A stretch of 64,000 bases of DNA, from NCBI GenBank assembly GCA_025558095.1, contig JAIVFI010000007.1:806001-870000 (forward strand). The letters run 5' to 3'. Origin of the DNA: Hyaloraphidium curvatum SAG 235-1 (lineage: Eukaryota > Fungi > Monoblepharomycota). A program made the position numbers and the translations under genes. How positions within the stretch are numbered: position 1 is the first letter of the stretch; every line of letters starts with the position of its first letter. Below the pieces are notes generated by a model. That model ran no database searches. It was not told the DNA's origin and was given only the letters and a program-made list of their open reading frames with translations. This document shows, piece after piece, positions 22,093 through 34,262 of the stretch.

Positions 22093-23243
22093 TCACATCC
22101 GCGCCTCCAACGAGTCCAATCCCGCCGTTTTGAGCGCCATCCTCGCCTCGACCCCGTCCTCCTCGCCGCAACCCTCCTTCGCCCACCCCACGCCGCCGAG
22201 CCGCTCCATCACCTCCCCCGCGGGCCAATCCCTCCCGTCTTCCGTCCTCCCGCCGGTCCACGGCGTCAGCGTGACCTTGGCCAGGTCCACGGGGTCGTCC
22301 TTGTACGGGGAATCGGGGGGGAAGGCGTCGATGACGTGCGGGCGGTGGCCGGTGGTGATCCGCCGCGCGTAGCAGCGCTGTTTGAGGGCGAGCTGGGTGG
22401 GGGAAATCGTGCCGATGGGGAGCATGCAGACGTAGAGCGTCATGCGGGGGAACGGGTCGGGGAGCGAGCGAGTGGGAAAGGGGGGTTGGTTGCAGTGAAC
22501 CGTCGTCGATTTCCAGCTGTTCGAGGGACGGAGGTCAATCACGCCGACAGCCTGAGAAGCTGGACGACAACCCACAGGAAGAAGGTGCCCGGCGGTCCGC
22601 ACAGCTTGAGCCGTTCCACGCCCGGAGGCAGCGGCCGTCCGTCGCGGAAGCTCTCCGAGAACTCCTTCACGCGGCGTCCCTCCCACGCCGGATCGAAGAG
22701 CCTGTGCGATCCCGCGTACACCACGAGCCCGCCGTCGTCGACTCCCGAAGGATACAGGGCGAGATTGCCCTGAACGACGTCGTGCCGCTCGCGCGAGAAG
22801 CCCTTTTGACGAGGCATGTAGTCGACGTGCGGCCACGACGACGTCTCCTCCTGAGGCTCGCCGAGGGCCCTCAGGAGCTCCGGCGGCCGCATGAAGCCGA
22901 GCCCGTCGAAACCAGTGATCAGCCGCGAGGGGTCGCAACGATTCACGAGCGCGAACAGGGCGCGGACGTCCGGGTGGCACCGAGCGGCCCACGAGCACGC
23001 CGCGTGGCCGCAGCCGTACGAGTGGAAGATTCCCTTGCCTGCCTGTGGGAACCGGTCGGCGGTCCACGTCGCGGGGTCGTGCGTGACGCCGGTGCCTAAA
23101 TCTGCGAGCCAGCAGAAGAACAGTCCGCGCAGGACGGTGACGTCGCCCGCGGGGAGCAGCGAGACGCCCGAGTAGCCATTTTGCTCGAGGTCCGCGAGGA
23201 TCGCGGCGGGCTCCGCGAGCGTGCGGAGCGGAGTTTGGGGCAT
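22093..23243 (-). CDS. Phytanoyl-CoA dioxygenase-like (PhyH) 2OG-Fe(II) oxygenase
   Basis: GIFHSYGCGH, FDG, WPHVD (HxD), VQG, GGLVVYAGSH, LW|..STTVHCN, RMTLYVCM. One intron ~22575-22515. Confidence 0.82.
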
Positions 23244-23662
23244 CTTCGGTGGGAGACAAGCGTCGCGATCGTAGATGGCGCCGTTGCGTCCGTTTCTCCC
23301 TCGATCACGGGGCCGTCCATCGTGGAATCGCTCCCTCCCGCGCCGACGAACGGATTTGCCTGTCAGTTCGAGCGGGCTTCAATCTGGAACCATGGCCGCG
23401 CCGCCGGCGGACACGGGACATGGAACGGGACATGGAACGGCATGAACCGAACGAATGGCAACCGACGACACGTCGTGCCCCATCTGAAGCTCTCTACTGC
23501 TTGCTCATGCCGCCCCACACTTGCGGCCGCCGTCCGCGGACACCGATGCCGAAGCGACATGCCGTCTCCTCCGGTGGACGCTGCCTGGCACGTGGACGCA
23601 ACAACGACGGTCCATCGACATGTTTGGCCCGGAGCTCCTACGCGTGGCAATGCGACTACGGC

Positions 23663-24401
23663 TCAGTTTGCGGCCTTCTTGGCCCTCTTGCGGGGCTGGT
23701 CCCCGGCGGCTCCCCCGCCCGCCGCGCCGTCGGGCACCCCCTCCTCCCCGTCCGCCGTGCCCGCGGCGGACCCGCCCCCGTCGCCGCCGGCCCTCTTGCC
23801 GGCGCGCTCCCCGGGCGTTGCGCCGGCGCCGCCCTGCGTGCGCAGCCGCTGGAGGTGCAGCAGGAGGGTCCTGGGGTCGTCGCCGTGGGCTTCGACGAGC
23901 CCGACGATCCGCCCCGGATCGGGCCGGACGGCGGGCTCGGGCACCGCGGGCTTCCCGGGGCCTCGGATCGGGGGCGGGACCGCGGGCTTCGGGGGGTCGT
24001 TGCCGCGCGCGGCGGCCCGGGCCCGCTTCGCGCCGGCGTCGATGGCGTCGTTGAGCTCGACCCATGCGGTGCGGTGGTTCTCGAGGTTGGACCGCAGGCG
24101 GGCGTTTTCGGCCTGCAGGGCTTGGATCTCGGCCTCCCTGGCTTGGGCGTGTTCCCTGGCGTCCGCGAGGTCGTCCAGGGCGTGCTGCAACGCGGTGCAG
24201 AGGACGGCCTGGCTACTGTGGGCCACTTCCAGCAGTCCCTCGAGCTCCTCGGCCCAGGCCGCCTCGTCGGCGGCCTGCTCAGCGAGCCCCCCGGCCTGCA
24301 CGGCGTTCATCGTGGCGGGGGTGCTGCGGGCCAGGTCGGGTTGAGAGGCGGACGGCGGGCGGGCGCGGGCCGGCACGGGCTCACCTCGGCGCGGCGTCCA
24401 T
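23663..24401 (-). CDS. Micro-exon coiled-coil family, copy 2 (short)
   Basis: ATGGACGCCGCGCCGAG|GTGAGC. MNAVQ.., coiled coil (EAEIQALQAENARLR), AHGDDPRTLLLHLQRLR motif, PRKRAKK NLS. Confidence 0.68.
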
Positions 24402-24704
24402 CCCGGGAGCTGATCTGGCGGGGTCGATGCGCTGCGTGCCGGGGTTGGTTCGTGGCGCTCGATGCCGGCTTCTGCTCGGTGGCCTCGTGACGGTCCGGTC
24501 CCAGCACAAGCGTCCAATCCCTGGGAGCTCCCAGAAACAATCTCGCCGATTATCCGATCGAAACCCATAGCCAGACCACGCGCGCCGGAACGCGGCCGGA
24601 CGGATCCGGGATCCGCTGACAGCATCACACGGACCACCGTGTGTGTCGCGCGGACCGCCGCGCCCGCCCCGCCGGACGCGTCCCTCCGCCCTCCCCCGCG
24701 CGCG

Positions 24705-25398
24705 ATGCGCATCCCCGCTCCCGCCGCCCTCGCCTCCCGGCCCGCCCGCACATCCCCGCGCGCGGGCTACCGCCCCGTCTGCCCGCTCGCCGAGCTGCTC
24801 CCCGGCGGCGCGCGGTGGCGCCCCGAAAGGGGCCTGGGCACGGCGCGGGTGCTGTTCGCGGGGGACGCGTTCTGCGTCGCAGATGAAGAGGGGAAATTTG
24901 CGAGCGAGGCGGAGGGCGAGGGGAGGGCCGAGGTGCTTGTTCTCTCGACGCCGGACGGGCAGCTCTTCGCGCTCTCAAACGTGACCTTCCCTCCCCCGCG
25001 CTCCCCGCTTCCGCTGACCTTTTCCCCCGCCGCAGATATGCCCGCACGCGGGCTACCCCCTCCACGCCTCCTGCTCGCTGACGGACATCGAGGACGGGCT
25101 GTGGGGCAGGGTGCCCGCGGTAAGGTGCGAGCGGCACGGCTGGGCGTTCGACGCGCTGTCCGGGGGGTGCGCGGGCAACCGCAGCGTGATCGATCTTTAT
25201 GGGGTGGAGGTGGACGTGTATTTGCCGGATGGTGGGGCAGGCGGCACCGAGGAGGATGGCGGCGCTGCGGAGGGGGAAGGAGCAGGGGACGGGGCGAAAG
25301 GGGAGGCCTGGGTTTTCGTGGGCCGGGAACCGGTCAACGCCGACGTGCCCGGACGGCGGTCGCGGTTCGGCGGGAGACCGGTGTGGGACGCCGCGTGA
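24705..25398 (+). CDS. Rieske [2Fe-2S] domain protein
   Basis: After intron 24981-25035: LFALSN|ICPHAGYPL..DIEDG..VRCERHGWAFD (CxH...CxxH). Confidence 0.82.
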
Positions 25399-25745
25399 TC
25401 TTCCGCCCGTGGGGGCAGAAGCGCATCGATACCCGAGAAACCGCCCGGTTCCCTCCCCCGCCAGCCGCGTCCTTCCGATACAGGCCGCCCACCCATCGTC
25501 CTTGCCCACGGCTCCGCACCTTCTTCCCCCGCCCGGGTTTCTCGTCCGCAACCGCCGCCCGCCAGGTGGGGTGACTCGGTGCGCGAGAATCCTGCTCCGC
25601 CACACGGGGTTCTCGCGCGCCGACTCATTTCCGCGCCCCGATTCCGCGCCCCGCTAACTGCGCCGCGCGGATCAGCAGGGGCGCCGGCGATGCCGGCGCT
25701 CCCCATCGGACAGACAGGCAGACAGACGGACAGACACAATTAGGC

Positions 25746-26216
25746 ATGGGCACACTGCTCGCGCACTCGCCTTCCCCCGCTTCGCTCCCCCCACCCAACC
25801 GGGCATGCGAACACTACGCCGGCGGCGACCCGCTCGCGTTCTGCTGGGCGTGCGCGTTTCCCTCGCCCCCCCTCCCCTCCCTCCCCTCCCCCGCCCGGAT
25901 GGAACGGAGGGTGCGCTTCCACCCCCGCGTCGAAGTGCGCTGGACGTTCGCACCCGGGGACTACGCGCGGTCGATGTACGCGCCCGACGCCGCCCTCGAG
26001 CATGACGGCGGGGAGGGAGGAGACGGGGACGACGAGGAGGCGACGGTGGTGTCCCCCGCGGAACCGGAGGCCGCGCCAAGGGGTTCGCTGGACAGGGGGT
26101 CGGAGGGGTCGGGGACGCTGCTGGGCACGGACTGCCGCCCCGAAACGGGATTGGAAGATGGTGGGCGTGGGCGATGGGCCCGGGAGTGGCATGCGGGGAC
26201 TGCGGCGACGAAATGA
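25746..26216 (+). CDS. Hypothetical protein with RVxF (PP1-docking-like) motif
   Basis: RRVRFHPRVEVRWTFAPGDYAR resembles the Bni4-type C-terminal motif. The start is uncertain and upstream exons are possible. Confidence 0.45.
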   Translation: MGTLLAHSPSPASLPPPNRACEHYAGGDPLAFCWACAFPSPPLPSLPSPARMERRVRFHPRVEVRWTFAPGDYARSMYAPDAALEHDGGEGGDGDDEEATVVSPAEPEAAPRGSLDRGSEGSGTLLGTDCRPETGLEDGGRGRWAREWHAGTAATK

Positions 26217-26771
26217 CGACAAGGGAGAGCGGCGGCTGGCACATGGGACTTGAGGGGGGAGGAAAGGTCTGTATTGAATGGCAGATTGCATTCTTTCGAC
26301 GGCATGCCATTCACGGATCCTTCCGCGGGGCGCCCGGGTCCCCGGTCTCGCGCCGGTGGTGGAAAGTCAGTCATGAGAAATCGATCCGAAATCAGTCAGT
26401 CAGTCGACCGCAGGCCACCGCGTCACGTCCCCGCACAGGCCGTCCGTCCGTCCGTCCCTGCGCGGAGCTTGCGCCGAGCTCGCTATCATTCCGTGGTGGG
26501 GCGCAGCGGGAGAGCGCTCCCCCGTTTGCCAGCCGTCGGCCCGCCGTTGCTGAACAATCCGTGCAGCATTGTCCGACCGTCCGCCACCCGCGGCCGCAGT
26601 CAAAGCTTCCGGATTCACCCCGCTGGTGCACGAAAAGGAGTCGGAGAATCGGTTCTTGCAATAGGAGAGGAGGTTCGGCCCCTTCCCGCACTTGTGCCGG
26701 GGCCGGCCGGCTGATGTTCCTTGGCCGTTCCTCACCCAGCGTTTTCTTCACCCACACCGGGCCCCACGGCC

Positions 26772-27146
26772 ATGGCCAAGCTCACGAGAACCTGCCACAT
26801 CATCATCTTCCTCCTCGCAATCGTAGCCACGGTCGGCGGGTCCGTGTGCTACGCCCTCGCATCCACCCGCAGCATCCAGACCGTCGGCACCTTCTTCCTC
26901 TCCGCCGGCGCCACGGTGGCGGGGCTGTACGTCATCGGTTTCATCATCTGGAACTGCGCCGCCAAGGAGGAGGACGAGGGGGAGGATCGGGCTGCGCGGG
27001 ACGCGGAAGAGGCCCGCGCCAGGGACGGGGAGGCGGCGGGCGCTGCGGGGAAGGATGGCAAAGGCGGGGCGATCGGGAAGAACCAGGTGGTCGGGGCCGC
27101 GCAGGTGGCGCTGAACATCGGGCAGCTGGTCACGGGGCTGAGCTGA
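26772..27146 (+). CDS. Small membrane protein with two TM helices
   Basis: GCCATGG start. Hydrophobic segments IIIFLLAIVATVGGSVCYAL and FFLSAGATVAGLYVIGFIIW, followed by an acidic tail. Confidence 0.6.
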   Translation: MAKLTRTCHIIIFLLAIVATVGGSVCYALASTRSIQTVGTFFLSAGATVAGLYVIGFIIWNCAAKEEDEGEDRAARDAEEARARDGEAAGAAGKDGKGGAIGKNQVVGAAQVALNIGQLVTGLS

Positions 27147-27189
27147 TGGCGATCCAATTGCACCGAGCCGTCCTCTTGCCGCTCCGATA

Positions 27190-28019
27190 ACAAGCCGGTC
27201 CACGGCGTGCGGTCGATCGCCTGGCAGGATTGCTTGTGCTCCTTCCAATCCTTCCGCTGACATCCGTCCGAGCAGTACCGCACGATCTTACACTTCGAGC
27301 ACGCCATGGCGGGTCCTTTGGCGAGGCACGCGTCGCACCGATCGGGGTTCTCGTTGAGCCCGCGCAGCTCCTCGATCCTCTCGTCGATGCTCCAGTGGCT
27401 CGGCTCTCCCGGCGGCCCGGCGAGCTTCCAGTATGCCGCAACATCCGCCAGCCCATCGCGCCCCGCGAGGAACAGCTCCTTGTCGACCTCGTCCTCCGAG
27501 AGCTTGACCGGGCGTTTCTCCTCCGTAATGCCTTCCAGGCCCGAGACGTGGGCCGCCTCGCCGTAGGCCTCCTCCGGGATCGTGATGCGGTGACGGTGTT
27601 GAAGAGCACCAGCGAGGTGTCGAGCAGCTTGATCGCGCGCGCCTTGTAGGGCAGATGGTCGGCGACGAGCTTCGCGTAGGGCACGCGATCGGCGGCTAGG
27701 ACCTTGGCGAGGAACCGGACGGTGCGGGAGAGCTCCGACACGGCATTCAGCATCTCGTCCCTGCCCCATTCCGACACGGGCTTGCGCAGGACCCGCTGCA
27801 CGCGCGGGCCGAAGGTAGCAGCGCTCGCGATCAGGTCCAGCAGGTCGGGCCGGTTCGCGAGCCGCGAACTCGCGGGCGGGTGATCGGCGCAGCGGTCGAG
27901 GAGATCGACCAGCGCCATGGCGGGCTCCCGCACACGGAGGTAGAACTCCCACGCTCCCGGGTTCTCCGCGGGTACGACGACCACGGGCAGTGGTGAGTCA
28001 CCCTTGGCGTCTGTACCAT
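27190..28019 (-). pseudogene. MYND zinc finger gene with apparent frameshift
   Basis: CDACLAKGPAMACSKCKIVRYCSDGCQRKDWKEHKQSC. The N-terminal frame (..LDTSLVLFNT) switches to ..ITIPEEAYGE near 27590 with no intron-sized gap. No nearby stop follows the MYND finger. Ends are approximate. Confidence 0.6.
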
Positions 28020-28099
28020 TTTCGGGGACCGCGGCCGGTTGACCTGTGCTAGCAACTGCGTTATCGATTCTTCACTCCGGGCTGGCAGAGTGATCGGTC

Positions 28100-28990
28100 C
28101 TTCGAGCTCCCAGAACCGTGATCCTGGTCCCGACGACGACGACGAGTCGTCACGGCGATCCTCCATCACGAGGCACGAACCAACCCCGACACGCAGCGCA
28201 TCGGCCCCGCCCGGATCACCTCCCGACATGGACGGCACGCCTAGGTGAGCCCGCGCCGGCCGGAGCGCCGTGCCGCCGACGGCCTCTCAACCAGTCCCGG
28301 GCAGCATCCCCGCGAACATGAACGCCATGCAGGCCCCGCAAGCCGGCCACAACGGTACCATGGCGCCCGCCGGTTCCCCACCGGAGCCCGCCGCCGTCAT
28401 CGAGCAGTTTGGAGGGGACCAGCGCCGCTCGGTCGACCGCCTCGTCGCCGGCCTAAAGGCGTACTACGAGCCGCAGCTCCGGCAGGCGCGGCAAGCCGAG
28501 ACCGAGGTGGGCGTGCCCGGTTGCGTGTCGGGGAGGGCAAAGAGCTGACCGGGAGCGCGCAGGCACGCCGCAAGCTCGGCGAGGAGGAGTGCCGGTCGAA
28601 GGAGCTCGCCGAGCAGCTGGGCGAGACCCAGCAGATCGCCGCCAACCTCCACATCCAGAACGGGGATCTCAAGAGGGAGAACGACGGGCTCAAGGCCAAG
28701 GTCCGCGACGGCGAGGCCGCTGTCCTCGAGAAAGACGCCAAGATCGAGCGCCTGCTCGCCGAGAACATAAGCCTCCAGACCAAGTACGAGAGCCTCGAGA
28801 ACAGCATCAAAGGCACCTTCGGCCACATGTTCCAAGGCAATCAGGGTGGCAGCGCGGGGTCCGCCGCCGAGCCGGTCACGCCGCGCTCGGAGCCCGCCGC
28901 CGCCGAGGAACGGCGCGCTTCCCCGGCCGCTTCCGAGCCCGGCCCCCCGGAGCAGCGCGCCTCTCCCTCTCTCTCGCCGCCGCCCCCGGC
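28100..28990 (+). repeat. Direct segmental duplication, partner ~36355-37270
   Basis: Promoter, introns and exons are nearly identical between the two, e.g. GGACCAGCGCCGCTCGGTCGACCGCCTCGTCGCCGG and AACCTCCACATCCAGAACGGGGATCTCAAG. Confidence 0.9.
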
Positions 28991-29774
28991 CAGGCCCGTC
29001 GAGCCGGTGCCCAAGCCCGAGGAGGAGCACGGACCGCCGCCGGAGCCCGCCGGCAAGGCCGCGGCCGAGGTCTTTGAGATCCCCGACAGTGACGACGAGG
29101 AACCGCCCTCCAGGTGTGTCCTCCGCCCGCGAACCGCACCCGCACCTGCTGACGGATCCCACAGCGCCGTCAAATCGCCCACGTCGGCCACCCAGGGCGC
29201 CTCCGGCCCCGCCAAGGGCGGCCGCAACAAGGACGGGCCCGTGCGCACCCTGCAGCGCGCCCTCCGCCAACACCACAGGGCCAACGGCGACCCGGCCTCC
29301 GGCTCCCGCTGGGCCGCCGAGGTGAATGGCAACAGCGAGCTGCGCGAGGCCGTGCTGGCGGCGTGGGCGGCGTGCCCGGCGGACACGGAGCTCGGGCGCG
29401 TGGAAAGGGAGGCCAGGTTCCTCGAGGCCGTCAGGGGGGGGCGCGGGTACCTCTGGGAAAGGTACGAGCCCGGGCAGCCGGCGCCGGGCGGACCGGCCGG
29501 CCGCTCCCGGAGGGGTTCGGGCGCGTCGCGGGGCTCGGCCGGCGGGGGACCGGCCAGGAGGCGCAGGTCGGCCGCCGGCACGCGCGACGAAGTCCCCTAC
29601 TGGAGCGACGGGGACGAGCCCGAGGCGGAGGAATCGGGCGAGGAGGAAGCAATGGGGTCGGAGGAGGAGGAGACCGACGACGGCGGCGAGTTTGACCCCG
29701 GCGCCGACTTTGACCCCGAGGAGGTCTGGGCGAGGCCGCGCAAGCGGAAGAGGGAAACGAGCCAGGAGGACTGA
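28228..29774 (+). CDS. Micro-exon coiled-coil family, copy 3
   Basis: ATGGACGGCACGCCTAG|GTGAGC. MNAMQAPQ.., long coiled coil, VFEIPDSDDEE, divergent C-terminal domain ..YLWERYEP, RPRKRKR NLS. Confidence 0.72.
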
Positions 29775-30307
29775 TCCGGCGGTGGGGCAAAAGCAGTGTA
29801 CCCTTTCCCGTGTTTGTCGTGTCAATGTCAAGTGTCGTCGGCGTCGTCGCACGGGGTCCATGTTCGACCTTTCGTTCCGTTTCCATTTTCGTCCCTGCGA
29901 CGAAGGGGCACGCGGCCCAATCCACGTATCTGAAGGAGCTGAGCGCGACGTCGCGCCGAGCTGCGGTTCACGAGCGCGAACGCGCGTGGCGTCTCGGGTG
30001 GCGTGGCAGTCAGAGGTCCGACCGTCTAGTCGGCGCCGCGCGGAATCCTGAGCGAGCTCATCCGAGATCCACATCGCGCCTCTTCCTTTTCAATCTTTTC
30101 CCCGCGCGGTCGCCGCTGCTGCAGCTCCATCTCTGTCGACGACGTCTGGTTTGGCCTCCCGCCCAGCCATGCCAAGGGGTTGTGTGCACTCACCTCCGCC
30201 CGGCTGCTCGCTCCCATCTGAGAACACCCTCTTCCACATCTCCCACCGCGCGACGCAAACGACCCCCGGCACGCCGCACCGCACACACTTGCGCCCCCGC
30301 CCCCACC

Positions 30308-32303
30308 ATGCCCGCCGCCCCCAGGTACGCCGGGAAGCGCCCCGACGCCGCGCCGCGCTGCGAATCTCAGACGGGCCGCCGCCAGCATTCCCGCCGAAAC
30401 GAACGCCGCACAGGGGCCTGAGCCTGCTCCGCAGGTGCCCAGTGGAAACCGCAGCGAGCTCGGCGAGCCCGCCGGGGCGCAGGCGCCCGCAACCGTCCCG
30501 GAACCCCTCGTCCAGATGTACCAGGCCATGAAGCAGGCCGCGGAAGTCGAGGCCAAAGCAGAGGTGCGTTCCCCCGCCTAGTTCCCGGGAGACCGCGCCA
30601 ACCGCGGTGCGCACGCAGGTCGCAGGGGTGCTGGCCGCCAAGGATGCCGAGATCCGGGCCAAGGAACGGGCCGTCGCCGAGAGGGATGCTGCGATGGCCA
30701 GGCTCAAGGAGGAGTCTGACGCCAGGGTCCGCGAAGCGGAGAAGGCCGAAGCCGAGGCCAAGAAGGAGGCCGAGCGCGCCGTCGCAGACAACAAGAGGCT
30801 CGCCGACGAAAAGGCCGAGGTCGAGAGCGCCAAGTCCGCACTCGAGGCCGAGAACTCCAGCCTCAAGGACACCGCCACCGTCATGGTGGGGATCTTCAAC
30901 AGGGCCGCCGAAGATCGCGACGCCGCCAAGGCAAAGACGGAGCGCCTGGAGGCCAGGCTCAGGGCCGAAGCGGCCCGCAGGACCAGGGCGGCGATCAGGG
31001 TCGCACGGGCCGAGGGCGAGCTACTGGCGGCCAAGCAGGAGCTCGCAGGCGGCCCGCCCACGATTTTCAGCGCCAAGGCCCTCGCCACGCCGCCGAACGA
31101 GGCGGCCACCGGCGGGGCGGCGCGGGATGGCGACCGGCCGTCGACGACGCCGCTGGCCTCGACCGCGGCCAAGGGCAAGGGACCCGCCGCGCCGCTCATG
31201 TTGGCGGGTCCGCAGCAGGGCAAGCAGCAGGACGCCACGCCCGCCGGCGCCCCGCCTGCTGGTGCCGGCGCACCACTCCGGCGGGGCCGGGGAGGTGCAG
31301 CGCGACGCCTCCCGCTCGCCCTCGCTGCCGCCGCCGTCCAGCCTCGCGGAATACCGGCCCAAGCCCGCCCAGCCGGCGTCCAGCAAGACAACGGGCACCG
31401 GCAGTGTGAACTTGATCAGCAGCGACGAAGACGAGCCGCGGAACAGGTGAGGTTCCCGCACGCGCACCGACCCACGCCCGCTGACCGACCTCCACTTCGC
31501 GCAGCGTCCGCGGCAGCCTCCCGCCGGCGATCCTGAGCACGCTCGGCATCGCCGGCACCCCGGCGACCGAGACCAACGCCGGCGCCGACGATGCCGCGGC
31601 CCACCCGTCCCAGTCGCACGGCGCCCCGCGGCCCCGCACCACTCTCAAGCTCCCGGCGCGCCTCCAGGGCGGGCCGCCGCAGGCCCAGAGCGCTCCGTGG
31701 CAGCCGCCGCTCTCGAGCAGGGCGCCCGCGTCCATGAACGGCATCGCCCGCCGCATCAAGTGAGTCTGCTGCCAAAACAGATCCACCGGGGCTGACCACC
31801 ATCGCGGCAACAGCCACGGCACGCCGACGGCGCCCAGGCGGTCCTCCTCGGCCGGATCCACGAAGCTCGTCCGGGCCGAGCTGGAGCGGCGATTCCCCGG
31901 CAGCAACATCAGCCTCAGCAGCACCGAGATCAAGAACGCGTGGAACTGGAAGGAGGTCGAGGCGGTGCCGCACGCCGACAAGCCGGCCAAGGTCGTCGAG
32001 CAGCTGCAGAAGCGGCGCCCCGAGATGTTCCCCGCGGCGGCCGCCGACACGGCCGAAGAGGCCGCCGCCGCGCTCGCCGCACTGAGCGCCCCGCCGACCG
32101 CCGCGCGCACGCCGAGCCCGCCGGGCGCCGCCGGCCCGGCCGAACGCGCGTCCGCTAAGAGGATGCGGGAGGAGGCCGCCGGCACCGGCCACCACGTCGA
32201 CTGGAGCGACGAGTCGGGGGACGAGGCCGGGGGAGACGCGCCTACGGGCGGCGACGGAGACGAGGGGGCGCCCCGCAAGAAGACGAAAAATGGCGAAAAC
32301 TGA
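30308..32303 (+). CDS. Micro-exon coiled-coil family, copy 4 (divergent, more exons)
   Basis: ATGCCCGCCGCCCCCAG|GTACGC. LAAKDAEI coiled coil, SVNLISSDEDE, ..KRRPEMFP, VDWSDESGDE, PRKKTK NLS. Confidence 0.62.
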
Positions 32304-32966
32304 TTTCCGGTAGCGGTTCCATTTGTTTGCTGGGGTTTCGGGTCTGTTGTAGTCTGTGAAGTGGCAAGAGACGCCGTTCGTTGCGATTCGTGATGCCAGG
32401 CGGGCAGCATGGCATGGTGCCCGGTCCGGCCATTGATGGCACGCTCGAAACGTTAGGATACCGGAGATGGAGCAATGCCTGTGGAGCAGGTCTCTGGCGA
32501 GGCGGACTGGGGACGCGCGGGACCGGGTCGCCGTTGCGTTAAGGTGCCTCGGGGCCCCGGCCATCTTGGCAAGAGTGGATCCGTGGTGGCGGTTGCCTTT
32601 GCTCTTTGCAATGATGATATCGGCGCTAGAAGATGATGGTATCTTCCCTCCGCATTGCTCCATTGCCGTTCTACAGTTCGGACTCCACCTGGAACGTCTT
32701 TGATGCGGCCAGCTTCTTTGACCATGTTACGAAGTTCAGCACATGACGATGGATACTCGAAGATCAGCATGCGGCAAACACCATGTCGATTGGCATGTCC
32801 TTCCCTGTCCTTCCCACTTCTACATCCGCGTTCTCGTACGTGATGCGCACTTCAACTCGACAGTGAGCTCTTCGCTATAGACGATCGGAGTCCAGCTCGA
32901 AAGATCACCCTGATGCAGCAGCAACATCATGATGCGTCATCAACACGCCCGCGCATCCGAAGCCGC

Positions 32967-33422
32967 TCACTCACCGGCCTTCGGGCGCAGCACGGCGATG
33001 CCGCAGTCCTGGGCAGTGCACCCGCGCTTGCCCGCGTGCATCTGGAAGGCAGCCACGGTGCCGTACGCGCGCCGGCAGATGGCGCACTTGAGGTGGTCGG
33101 CGCGGCAGAAGGCGTGCTTGGCCGCGTTGTCCTTGCGCGGGCGGATGCCGCACACACCGCAGGTGACCGTGCCGTCCGCGTTAGGCGGGAGCAGCACGTC
33201 CCTCTTGTTGGTGCACAGGTCGGCGTGCTTGATGGGAGTGCCGTAGACGGCGACGGACCGTGCCTCTTCGACGGCGTCGACCAGGATGCGCTTGACCTCG
33301 ATCTTCTGCCGCCCCGTGCCCGGGATGCGGACGGCGACGAAGAGCGCGGGCTCGCAGTCGGGGCGCTGGTCGCGCAGCGGGTCGGCCCCGATGCAATCGG
33401 CCCTGGCGCGGGTGGTGTTCAT
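32967..33422 (-). CDS. Small zinc-finger protein with two C2HC-like fingers
   Basis: CGVC..KHAFC and CAIC-x12-HAGKRGC. GTGAGT at the ORF end could be a splice donor, so the 3' end is uncertain. Confidence 0.55.
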   Translation of the reverse strand: MNTTRARADCIGADPLRDQRPDCEPALFVAVRIPGTGRQKIEVKRILVDAVEEARSVAVYGTPIKHADLCTNKRDVLLPPNADGTVTCGVCGIRPRKDNAAKHAFCRADHLKCAICRRAYGTVAAFQMHAGKRGCTAQDCGIAVLRPKAGE

Positions 33423-34262
33423 GGCGGATGTGGGGAGACTGCGACGGGAAGTCAGTCACGACGCTGCACAGCCCCAGTTCGCCCCGCCTTCTCCACAAGG
33501 TGGGCCTCCCGCGCGCTGCCCCGGGGACAAATCACGCCCCACAACCGCAGAGGCCGTGCCGGCGGGTCCGGACGTGTGGATGGGACGCCCGTGCGGCGCG
33601 GCTGGCCGCGGCGCCGTCGCACGGCCTAACGCGGGGACACTCCTTGCCCAGATCATCTTTGCCGGGCGAAAACTCACGTCCAGGGAGCCGCGCAGGTTCC
33701 TCTGCTCGTTGCCTCGAAGCTGTGCGGTGCCGATGGCGGACCTGAAGTGGCGGCAGCCGGGCGGCGGTCCTGGACTGCCAGGTACGAGGCGTGTTAGAAC
33801 TGGGCCCGTAGCGGCGGGGTAAACCCGCCCGTCCCGGGGACCGTCGGCCCCCAGGCTTCACGGCGCGCAACTGACGAGCAGTTTTGGGGTGCAGATGGCG
33901 AGGCACGCACAGTTTTTGGGGCGGGTGAGCCCGGCAGGAAATGAGGTGGTTTGTGCGGGTCGGGCGCCATCACGATTGCACGGCGGTGCATCGCGCTCCA
34001 CCTCCAACGGTCGCACGCCTTGCCAGCGAATCCGCCCCGGTAACCCACCAGCGAGAACATGGCGCCATTTTGGATTTCATATCCGAGGGGGATTCGGCCC
34101 GATGGACTCGTTTTTGCGGTGCGAGGTAAGCTCCATGACGAGTTCGCCCCTGCGAGCTCCCAGGACCGCGCCTACATAATCCCGTCCGCGCGCCCGCCAT
34201 CACGCCGACCACGACAACCGCAATCATCACCGTTGCGCCATCCGCCCGCCCGCAAAGCCGCC

